Origin: Gordius albopunctatus
Lineage: Eukaryota
Assembly: GCA_964276515.1 (NCBI GenBank)
Contig: OZ193909.1
Coordinates: 13,206,001-13,270,000 of the forward strand
Direction: 5' to 3'
DNA length: 64,000 nucleotides
The position numbers and the translations under genes are program-made. Of the stretch, positions 26,760 through 38,800 are shown piece after piece. Each line of letters starts with the position of its first letter. Position 1 is the first letter of the stretch. The notes beneath the pieces were generated by a model. It did not search any database and was not told where the DNA came from. It saw only the letters and a list, made by a program, of their open reading frames with translations.

Positions 26760-27857
26760 ATGGTCGAGAGGATCGTCCTCCTAGAGTTCCCCTTGGGAGT
26801 TTTGTGGTAAAACAAATGGTCTCTGGATTCGTCCCCTTTAACAGTCACATATTTCTAGACAATTATTTTAATTCATTAGAATTAATGCGAGATATGGGGG
26901 ATCAGGGTATTTTTATAACTGGAACAATTAGAAAGGATAGGATCCAAAAAGCTCCCTTAAAAGATTTGAAAAAGGCAGAAAGAGGAGCTTTTGACGTACT
27001 TCGCGATGAAGAGAGAAAAATCACTCTTTATCGGTGGAACGATAACAATCAGGTTACATTGGCTTCAAATCGCAATGATGCCTTAGTCAACACGTTCACT
27101 CATTGTGTTCGTTATAATTCTATTGCCAAGAAGCGCATTATGGTTCCGCAGCCCAGTCTTGTGGCGGAGTATAATAAAGGAATGGGAGGAGTTGATCTTT
27201 TTGTTCAACTCCGTGCAGCCTATCGAGTAAAAATTCGTTCAAAAAAATGGTACTGGCCTATAATCCGTTTTTGTTTGAACTCATCTGTAGTCAATGCATG
27301 GCTACTTTATCGGGATACAGAGAAAGGGATTCCCTTGTTGGACTTTACCCGAAGAATAACTATCCCCTTACTCGCGGCGTCAAGTATACCGCGAGTAAGG
27401 GCTATTAATCCTGCCAATTCACGCAACGTATACGACGAGGTTAGATAGGATAATAAGGAGCATTGGCCTGCCAAAAACCCCACGCAGAGAAGATGCGCAG
27501 CTTGTACTAAGTGTGCTAAATATATTTGTAGTAAATGTAACATCGGATTGCACATTGAATGTTTTACTTTGTATCATACGCGATAATTATCCTATTGACT
27601 TAATAATTATATATTAATATTTCACATTATAATAATAAGGTAGCGGGAGATAATCATTTGCTAACTGCGATTTATTAATACATAGCAGGGTGAATCTAAG
27701 TATCCCAGCGTATGATATATACGACGCTTAAAAAAACATAGTTACAATTGTTTTTCCGAAAAAAAAATTTGTAGATGTTATTTTGGTAGATAATTAATAA
27801 AAAATCTTGAATTTTAAGTTTTTTCATCGAGGGGTTCTATGTTCAGGTTTTAATGGG
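26760..27857 (+). mobile_element. 5'-truncated piggyBac element with PGBD3-like transposase pseudogene
   Basis: Motifs FLDNYFNS, GTIRKDR, RWNDN, YNKGMGGVD, RSKKWYWPI, VVNAWLLYR. In-frame TAG at 27446 is followed by the cysteine-rich domain RRCAAC...CSKCNIGLHIECFTLYH ending at 27586. Right end ...GGG followed by TTAA at 27858. Confidence 0.85.
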
Positions 27858-28574
27858 TTAATACCTTAAAAAGGACATGGACCTTATGGAAGTTATTCAA
27901 CTGACAGAAAATATTATCATTTAAGTAAAATTAATTAATGGCGAAAACCAAAGCAAAATTATATGAGTTTGATCTGAAAAAATTGTCAAGTTTTTAATAA
28001 GCAAAATTATACCGTCACTCAATCTGTTTACTTGACGTTGTTTAGTACAGCTAAATGAAGGGTATTTAGATAAAAAAACAAACAAGTTTTCCATAATTTA
28101 CAATCAATGGTGGAAAATTATAATGTTGGGGTGGGGCAAGCCGAAAATTAAATTTGAAAAATTGAATATATAATATATTATGTTTCCAGGCTTTTAAAAG
28201 TGTCTAAAAATCTTTTATGCAACTAAACTACATAATATTTTAACTCATTTTATCTAGTTAAATTAATCAAAAAACATTTCAAATTTTGGTCAAGGGGCTA
28301 GAAAAGTCCCGCTTTCCGCCCCCTTGGCTACGCCCCTGATCCAATTACTCTTTTCTAATTAAATTAAAAAATGAAGTAATTTAATTTTTGTAAAATTTTT
28401 AACGGTCTAAATTAAATCAGCTTATCAAATTTTTAAAGTTCTAATACCTACTATGTAAGATTCTTCATAGATAAATTTTCGAAAATCATATTTTGAAAGG
28501 AAGACGTTAGAGTCCTTCTTTATTAGAAGACTTAACCCCACTCTAAATGAAGATGATATGGGAAGGGTACCCCT

Positions 28575-29080
28575 TAGAGGCCTGCACGCGTCACCCGAAA
28601 TAAAAATCTAAAAACGCTTTCGGGTCGGGTCGGGTTCGGGTTGAAAATTTTAGAATGCATTCGGGTCGGATCGGGTCGGATTTATAGAGTCGGGTCAAAG
28701 GATGAACGAAACGTATTTGTTAAATTAATGCTATTATCTATAATTTTTGTAAAACAATATCGAATTGTATAACTAATTGTAATCATTCATATTCATATAA
28801 TCAATTTCCTTTCCTATTTTTTTAATTCGTTTAATTTGGAGGCAAATTGGAATTTAAAGCTGAATCAATCACGAAAGGTAAAATATTAACAAATGAGTAT
28901 TTATTATTGTTTATAGTCTATAGAGTAAATTATAAATTTAACTACATAAAGATATAATTAAATATTCAATTTAAAGTTGAATCACGAAGGGTAAAATATT
29001 CACAAATGATTATTTATTTTTGTTTAAAAACGCTTTCTGGTCGGGTTCGGGTTGAAAAAAAGTGACCTTGCAGGCTTCTA
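28575..29080. mobile_element. hAT-type MITE (TAGAGGCCTGCA TIR)
   Basis: TIR TAGAGGCCTGCA / TGCAGGCTTCTA, perfect 8-bp TSD GTACCCCT, TCGGG repeats. Confidence 0.88.
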
Positions 29081-29170
29081 GTACCCCTCTACCCTTGGTT
29101 ACACACTAATTTATCACTACCAAAAGAGCATGCTACTATTTAGTTTATATTCTATTTAAATTCACTTTAC

Positions 29171-29212
29171 TTATCTGATGATGATGTCCTCTATTAGGAC
29201 GAAATATTATAA
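29171..29212 (+). ncRNA. Minimal type I hammerhead-ribozyme-like motif (Penelope-type), probably degenerate
   Basis: TTAT-CTGATGA-tgat-GTCCT(ctatt)AGGAC-GAAA-TATT-ATAA. Core boxes, helix II hairpin, palindromic AATATT and a 4-bp helix I are present. There is an extra TGA triplet after the core. Confidence 0.5.
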
Positions 29213-29887
29213 TAATAATTATTATATTTTTTTAACACCCTCGATAATTCCCCAAAATTTATCTACGAAGTACATTAATTATGAGGGTAAAAATCTTCTA
29301 AAATACTATGTAAGATATTTATGTGCTAATAATAGAAAAAAAGTTACAATTTAAATAAAAAAAAATTAATATAGAGTGGTGACTGGAGTTTGAAACACAT
29401 GCAATTAAGTAAGCTCTACTAACGTTATATTTATTATAGGTTGAGGTGGGTTTATTTAAAAAAATATTTGTAAGATAAGTCATTTGTTTTGGGTCCGCGG
29501 TCTGGCTGGCTCATCAGGCTCCACCCGACCACGATTATTTTATTGGTTTGTGTTCCAGGCCGGTCTAAGGTCATTCTATTTTAATGCGTCGTAAGGATGA
29601 AAGATTAATTAGTTTCTAATAACATGGGTGGGACAATAAGTGCTTTTTTATATCCGAATCTCTTCAATATTAACTGAAAGTAAGGTTAAAAAATAAGTAA
29701 AAAATCATTTCTCCCCTCTGCCCCCCCCCCCGCCCCCTCTTAAGAAATAACTCTGCCGTTGAGTGTTACTAATACTATATTATCAATTGAATCGCCATGA
29801 TTAAGGAATAATTATTAATTTTTAGCCAATTAGTTAATTACACGCCCCCCTCCATCCTCCATCCTCGATCAGTCGTCCCCTAATAAA

Positions 29888-32800
29888 ATGCGTCGGCAAC
29901 AGAATTACTACTATCGATACTGCCGTCGGGGCATTACAATCTCCAGGCCCACGGCTAAGATAGCATCTCCCTGGGGTCCACCCGATAATGAATGGTGGTG
30001 GAGATCGACTAAAATAGCTTTAGATAGTTCCAATTCTGCTCCTGGTTCTGTTCCAATATTAGCTATAAGACGGGAAACTCAGAGTGCGTGGGAACGCCGG
30101 GCCCCTCTTGCCCCCCATCATGTTAAAGCTCTCAGCAGGGCTGGTATCAAAGTGCTCATTCAACCTTCTAACCGGCGTGCCTACCCCATAGAAGTGAGCA
30201 TTAATCGTTGTTCTATTGTAATTTTTATTAATTTTATTATATATACTCTTACTACACTAAAATGCTTAAACATATCTTCTATATGATGGTATTTCAAAAA
30301 TTGTAATTCTAAGTTCTGCCAAGTTTAAGATAAAGGGGGTTAGAGTGAGTTTAAAGCGAGAGGACGGTAAAGCGATGAATATTATTGACACGCTAAATAC
30401 GACCCTCTCTTTAAGATATAACTTAGAAACTTGGCGTGCTAAGCTAGCCTTTAACAAAAAATGATTAGCAAACGAACGCAATCATTTCAATAGATCATTA
30501 GCTTTAAAATAACAGCATTCGAACCCCGTTCCCCCAGTTATTGCATCTAAAATTTTGCTCTTGACTAATATATCAATTTCAACAAAAATTAAATTTAAAA
30601 CAATAAATTATTACCCTATTTGGTTTTTCAAAAATCCATGGGCGCACTTATACTTGATAAGTTGGGGTCAATAAAATATCTGCCTTGAACCCGACCTAGA
30701 GTGATCATAGCTGCTTATTTACATTATAACATTACCAAATACATACTTGAAAATTAATTAGACCCCATTATTTTTTACTATGTTATTTTGCTAGTAAAAA
30801 TATTTATTCTTTTGCACTGATCAGAGCTATACCTCGGCAGGAGCTATAGTACAGGAGGACATAGCAGAAGCTTCTTTAATTACGGGAATCAAGCAACCGC
30901 CATCTGATGGGCTGATACCCAATAAAACTTACCTTTTCTTTTCGCATACCCACAAAGCCCAGTCCGATAATATGGGGCTGCTGGATTGCATTTTGGATAA
31001 CGTATTATAATCTTTATCTCACTCTTACACATTCTTTTCAAATTAATAATTCAATTTTATTGCTTATATAACTGCATAAGCGTAGCTAAGGGGATTGTAG
31101 GAAGGGCAGGTGCCCCCCCCCCATATATTCATCATGATGTCAAAAATTCCAAAAATCATTTTGCACCTTCACGCTGAACTTTTGGTAACATTCTAATCCA
31201 ATTCCTGGCTAAGTGTATGCTAATAAATATAACTAAGTATGCTCTAAGCTCAGATTTTTGTTGGTGCTCAATTTATTGAAACACTGAATTTTTGATTATT
31301 TGATAAAACATATATAATATGCCATAATTTAAATTTTGCCTAATATTTGGTAGAATAAGTTTGTAAATCTTAAAAAAACAAACAAATCTTCTATAATAAA
31401 ATTACTATGGTTGGTATTAAGCACATCAAAAGTTTTGGTTTTTATTAACTGCAAGTAATATTATACTTTAGACTTTCACATTTAACATAAATGTTCTATG
31501 AAAGGTCGGTATGGTATGGTGGACACTGTTATTATTTATACGCAATTGACCTCAAGCCTTTTCCCAAAATTTGTTTCATTAAAGTTTAACCTGGTAGTCA
31601 ACAACAATACTATATTTATTGAAAGGTCAGATTTTGGATGCGTTATGTGTTTGAGGAAAATGTAGATTTGGCTACGAAAGTAAAATCAAAGTTTTGCCTT
31701 GACACGAGGCTAACATAAGCGCGCGACATAAAGAAGTCATTACTGGTGCGGTGTTCATTGTTTTATGTGCTACTAGGCAGAAAGGATTCAAAATAGATTT
31801 TGTTTATTAACCGTTTTTCGGAATCTTATCAAACATATTTAAACAAAAAAATAAATTCTAAATGTCAAATTAAATTTAAAAAATATATACACGTTTCTTT
31901 ATTAAGCATATTCGTTAGATAAATTTGAATCGGTGATTTTAAATCCAAACTTTAATTTCCAACATAAAATATGGGCGTATCCAGGATTTGGATTATTGGA
32001 AGGCAAAAATGTTAATAATAAATTTAAAAGAGGCCGAAAATCGTAATTTCCACCCAAAAAATTGTCTTCTGGTGTTAATAAAGGTTGCGCCTTCTTTAAT
32101 TTTGTATTTTGTAGTTAATGGCAAAAAAATTGTGTAAACCTGCTTAATACCTTTAAGAGATTCATGATGATGAAATCGTGATAATGAATCTCTTAAAAGT
32201 ATTCCGTACGAGGGAAACAATCGATTAAACCTGGTAATAGCGTGATAATAATTTGATAGAACATAAGGCTGATCGATTACGAAAAGATGGTGGATGCCAA
32301 AAATCAACGGGTTGTAGCCTTTGGTAAATATGCTGGCGTCGCTGGTATGATAAACATTCTGCACGGACTCGGACTTCGACTTCTTGCCCTAGGCCACCAC
32401 ACACCATTTATGGTAAATTATTCCACCTGTTTCCTTGAAGTCATTAAATCTGGGTTATACGACCCACCCATCATAGGCTATAGGTAGAAGATTGCTCAGC
32501 TCATGCCATATGTTTCACGTGCTAAATTGTATCCTCTCAAATTTTCCTCCATTTTCAAGACAACAACTGCTGTATTTCAACAACCATGTCATTTTGCGCT
32601 ATAACAGCCAATTTACATTCCTCACTCACTACTTTATAAATTTGAACGAACGTCAATGAATTAATCTATATATATAAAATATAGATGGCGCTATATATTA
32701 AACAAACTTTCATCACAGTTTTTACATTTTTAATTTTTATGTATTGCGTAAGTGATATTTGTTTTAGAATGCTGTTTTTGATATCTACCCAATTAAATAT

Positions 32801-35800
32801 TTTTTATTTACCATTTTAAGATTATTTAATTTACCAAAATTATAATCTCTATATAATCACTTACCATGTTATCATTAAAATGGCGGAAAAAGGTATATAT
32901 TTTGTGCGTTGATGAGCAGTCTATCTACTCCATAGGCGTACAGAAGGGGGTAGAAAAAGGGAAAGTTTATCCCCTTGGCAAAAATTAATAATTTTTTTTA
33001 TTAAAAAAATGACATCTTCTTAGATAGAAAGTTTTTATTCTATAGCTGAGTAACTGACTCAAAATGACATTTATAAATAAATACCGATATATATTTTTTT
33101 ATTTTTGAATTGAATTTCGACAAAAAGCCAATTAACCATTATTCTCTTTTTCCGATATCGTTTATTCACTTGCATTACAATGAAAAAAAGAAATTTGGAG
33201 CATTATTTCCCTATGAAATTATCCGATCCTTCTACATCTAAACCTAGTAATTAATATAAATACAAAAGCGATGTATATTTTTTATTTTCTTTTGCCAAAA
33301 GATAAGACATCAAGAATTTATCATCAGGAGTTGGGGCTAACTCCCGATGAATCGCTAGGAGCCTAAGCTACTAAAATATATTTTAAAGATTTAATAAGCC
33401 TGCTGCAACGATAGCAGTAAAAAATGAAAAGCATTATTAATAATATCAGTGAATAGAAAAATACGCCCTTCGCCCCCAGACCCCCGTTGGGTGTTCCGCC
33501 CCCAAACCCCCATCTCCTAAATAATTTATTGAAATAAAAATGTTTTGAAAAATTGGAAATTTTCTACCCCCTTGGGAAAATCCTGGATACACGCCTGATC
33601 TACTCTATGATTATACCTGCTATGTCGATTTGAACAGCATTATTAGTATATTTCAATGTAGTTTATTGTAGTAGTAATGTTCTTATTTATTGTTCTAAAT
33701 CTTTAGTGTTTTTACAGCGTCTTTTCACAGCACTTCCATTGAAATAAGAGTATATTTGATGGGTGCTAGGAATATAAAACAAGGGAAAATCAATGTTCAT
33801 CTCGATAAAAGTTAGGGGATAATTATTAAAACCCTTAAAATTTTATTACCTTAAATGCCACGTTATATTTTACATCGGAGCATCGAAACATTTTTCAAAT
33901 ACTATTATAATCGATTGGTGTCTTAATGCATCGTCATCTTTGTTTGTGCTAATTTATTAGAACGTCGGCTTGGCCCATAATTACAGGAATAGTGGTATGG
34001 CGCGACAAGCCATAAGGGACGTCGGCTACCAAATTTCTTTGGGTTTAATGCCCAAATCCATCGGGCCCTTGACTTTCGTTTTCACTGGAACCGGTAACGT
34101 ATCACAAGTAACAATGTGGAGAGCTCTATTTTATTATTCCCATTTGATTTAGTAGAGCAAATATAATGCTAAGGAGTTGTCGGAGTAGCAGCGCCAACCC
34201 TATTTTATAACAACCTAAACATTAATGTGTCGAGTAGATGAGTTTTTGCACATAAAATACTAATTCTTTAAATAAATATATCAGTTTGGAATTTGCGAAA
34301 TATATATATTATGCTATAATAAAAGCCCTTCATGATTATTCGTTTAGAGTTGCTATTTTAATTTTTTGGTGTAAAGGGAGCGCAAGAAGTTTTTAGCGAA
34401 TTACCTCACGAATATGTCGATCCCGAAACTTTACCGAAAATTTCCGAATACGGTTGTAAGTTGTCGAATTTAGATTTTTTGCATTAAAAATTACTCATTT
34501 TCCGCAACTTTTCTAAGGGAAATGCAAGATTGTCCCCTTAAACAAGACGGTTTTGCATTTAATAACACGGCTCAGCCAGCTATAGTGTTATTACTGGGCG
34601 TAACCAGCATTAGAATTAGAGGGGGCAAAAATGTTATAGGGGGGGGGCAAAATAATCATTTTTCAAAATTTTAGCCATAATTTTGATACATTTATACAAA
34701 TTTTGGATTTAAAAGAGGGCAGCCGCCCCCCTGTCTACGCCTGTTGTTATTAAATTCTTTTATGGCTTAACAGAGGGTGTAAAAGCTAATTTATTATTTA
34801 ACTAATGAAGGATTTTATATTTTTTTACAAATATATTCTTAAGGGTATAGGGAAATTTTCCATAATTTTTACTGTTACTATAGCCTAGAGAAACTCTTTG
34901 AAGCTATAAAGTAAATATAAATAATTTTTTATTCAGCCACGTCTAAATTATATGCGTGCGTGGTTAGCCGTGAACACCATTTGGTCAACAAAGACACCGG
35001 TAAGTATAGCAGCTTATCGAGCGATAGTTACGAAACGCACCCTGGCAAATACGTTTCAACCTTCAGCAAAAAGGTATCTCATATTTATTTATTTATTTAT
35101 TTATTTATTTTATTATTCAGATAGCGCCCTATGCCTCAGTAATAGTAAATGGCATTTACTGGGCTCCGAACTCACTCAAGCTAGTTAATATCCCTGAGGC
35201 TAAAGCCTTACTCAGACCATCTAATACCCCTTGGATTAAGGCGAGTCCAGGCTGCCCCACCCTGCCTCACAGGTATTATCAGCTAAAAGTAAATTTGATA
35301 AAGTTTTTGGTTTATTCAGCAATTCACCAAAATGATTTAGAATTTCATAGGAATTTTCGGGACCAGTTCCAAATGTTGAGTAAACTAATTCAATTGAAAA
35401 CGAAAATGACCTTTTTAAGGCATAATCAGACCGTCCATGTATGTTTTAACATCTGAAAACTGCGTTTTAAAACTCATATTTGGCTGTTTATTTTGGCAAC
35501 ATTACTCATAGGTTACTAGCCATTTGCGACATCTCCGCGGATCCCGGCGGTTCCATAGAATTCATGTCGGAGTGCACAACGATCGATAAACCCTTTTGCC
35601 TGTACGATGCCGATCAAAATAAAAATACCGAGAGGTATGTGGTATTGATAGATTATTATAGTATCGCAAAGCATAGCTCATGGCCTATGCTAGGGAGTTT
35701 ATACTTATTTAGGGAGGGCCCATATGATAATTTTGTGAAATTTTAATACATAATTTTGCCTCTAAGGGCTTGTCTTAATATCGGATTTTAAAGCGCAGCA

Positions 35801-38800
35801 AAAATCGTCATGTGTGTTTTAACATAGCCGTGTCTTAATATCCGATTTAGAGCCGATTTGGATTTTAGACGCATAACATAACAGCGATTTTGTAAGATGC
35901 AAATTTTTTTCTACACTTAAATGGTGTATGTTTTTAATTTTTTGGATATGAACAAAGTTTAGATTTAACCTAAAGAGTGGAAATAAACAAAAAAACGTTT
36001 TTAACTAAAAAAACAAAATATTAATAAGAAAAAACGAGTTTGACCCATGAAATTAAATAGGATATTTAGACAAAGATTAATTCGCGCGATTTGAATCTGA
36101 ATCCGATATTAAGACAAACCCTAAGGAGGGAGAGTGCATCTCCCTGTTATGCCCATGCTTATCTTTAGTTGATAATATAGGTAAAAAAAGTTGTCCTTAA
36201 AAAGTAATTGTTACATAATATTTTGATGAACAAATATTGTCGACTTTAAATAATCTTTTCAATTATATTGATCCCTCTTTCACGAGGATTATAAAAATAA
36301 AGGTTGATGGTTTACCAATTGCAAAAATAATTTTTTGAAAAAAGCGCTTAATGTGTTTCCCCAAACGTCTTAGTTACAAAATTTTAATTGTGAAATGATA
36401 ATTGTAAAGCGGCTTTATTTATTCTTGACGCAATAGAAATTAAATCTTATTGGAAAATTGAGATTAAAATATTACTACTAGCTAGCGAAAGTCAGTTTTG
36501 TTTAATTTAGCCTGAACTCGGCCCGGTCTTATATAATATTAAAATTGCTCGCCTCAGCCCGCTCAAATCCGTCTAAATGTCTGCCCAGCCATGCCCGAAT
36601 GTTTAAGCTGCCCAGCCCAAGATACTATTTTTTAGAAATTTTTTTAAATATCAAACGGATATAATTGAAGGCTACACTACTTTAAGGTAATTAAGTAGCT
36701 TATAGTTCATGATCAATTCAATATCTGATCTTTCAACTCGTAAATTAATTTTAAAATCTTTTTAAAAATACAATGAATCGGTCATGAAATCATATTAAAT
36801 TTGTGTGAACGACGCAGTTTTACCGGCATAGGGGTTCTGGTTTGTTCCATAGACAATATGCCAACTCAATTACCCCTAGAAGCAACGGACTTTTTCGGAG
36901 GAGTTTTGCTGCCTTTCATACCTGAAATGGTGAGTACAGTACGGCAATATTCCTGAATTGTTGCGATATTTATCTTAATCTTTATTTCAACACTTTTGCA
37001 TAATATCATTACACATGCCTTACTTATAGCCTTTGTTATTTTTATTAAAGACGTGGTGGTTTAAACTATGAAGCGCGTTTTTATAATAAGTGCAGAAATG
37101 AGCATTATTAAATTTCATACACTTGAAATATGATTCCCCTTATGAACAGGTCAGATCAGACGCCACTAAACCATTTGAAGATTTCCAAGCATCAGACGTA
37201 ATAAAAAATGTAAGTTTGCTAGTTGGAACATGTTGCAATTCAATTGAGCTTTAATTACATATGATGTCGTTTTAAGAGTTGGGTTATGCAAATGAATTTG
37301 TCGGTTCCTCCTTAATAGTTTCACTTTAAATAAGATATAATAACTAAGATTTAGTCATTTTTCTATTATTCCTAATTTTAAATGGTATGATGCGCTAATT
37401 AAACCGCGATATAATTGATAAAGGAAAAATAAATGGAAAACCTTTGATTTCGTATCATTGTTGAACGAAGTTGCATAATTTTATGCTAGGCTGTCATCGC
37501 TTCCAACGGCAAATTAACCCCGAAATTCGCCTATATCGAAGAGCTCAAAAAATCTAAAAGGTAAGAATGACCACATGGAATTACAAATCTAATTTAGGCT
37601 TAGAGGGGGCAATAATTATTTGAAGAGGGGCAAAATAATAATTGTTATAAATTTTGCCCATATTTTTATTAAATTTTTAAGAATTTTTAGATTTAGAGGG
37701 GGCAGCCGCCCCACCCTGTCTCCCCCAGGCTATGCCCATGGGTTGACGATATAATATTATAATATTGATTTAATGATTGTTTTTAAATTTCAAAAATAGG
37801 GATTTCCTCGTAAAGAAAGGAGAAAGTGGAGAACAACCGGCTAAACCAAAAGTTTTAATCTTAGGAGCGGGCTATGTATCGGCTCCCGTCGTCGAATATC
37901 TTACCCGTGATAACGATTACAACGTTTCCATCGGTTTTGAATTAATTAAAATTCAAAATATCTCTTGCGCTAATGCTGTATTTTGTCATTTGTTCTCAAT
38001 ATTTTTTTTATTTTAAACCTTTTCATTGTGCCGTTTTTGGGTAGAAACCCTTTTTTCAGTATTAGTATCACATGCCTGACAATTCAAGTAAAATCACAAT
38101 TTTTTACCACCAAATACAACCCCTTGTTTAGTCTATGCAAACATAAAAACTGCTCTGTTTTATGCATTTTTTTTACCAATTATGTGTTCAAACGTTGATA
38201 AAGAACGGGCTTGACCAGTGTTAATTTAAAGGAGCAAAGCTAGAAATTTACTTCGTTCAATTTTGAACTTACCTAAAATTTATTTTAATGATGATAAACA
38301 ATTAAACCACACTTGACTAATTGTAAAAAAAACTCAATGCCCTTACTCCGCCTGAGTTATTTAAAATGCTACTGCTTAAATTAAATCGCTACACTTGTAT
38401 TATCAAAGGTGTAGTACACATATACAGCTTTTGTAAAAAATCGTAAATAATAGTTTAGAGTTATTAAATCTTCAATTTTTTGAAATTAGTTAGCCCATGG
38501 CGGCGAGAACTTGACCGACTCACGCATATGCATAATAAAGGCAATTCGACCAAATTTCCAATAAATCCTATTGTCCTCGATATCGAACGCAACACAACAG
38601 AATTGGAAAGTCTTATTAAAGAACACAACCTAGTCGTCAGGTCTGAAATGGAACAATTTTTAACCACATATATTCCATCTTTATATTACGAAAATTGCTT
38701 TATCAAACAATTTTTAACCTTCTTAGTCTATTGCCGTATAATTATCACCCGGCCGTGGCCAGGCTATGTATCAAGCATCGTAAAAATTTGGTAACCACCA

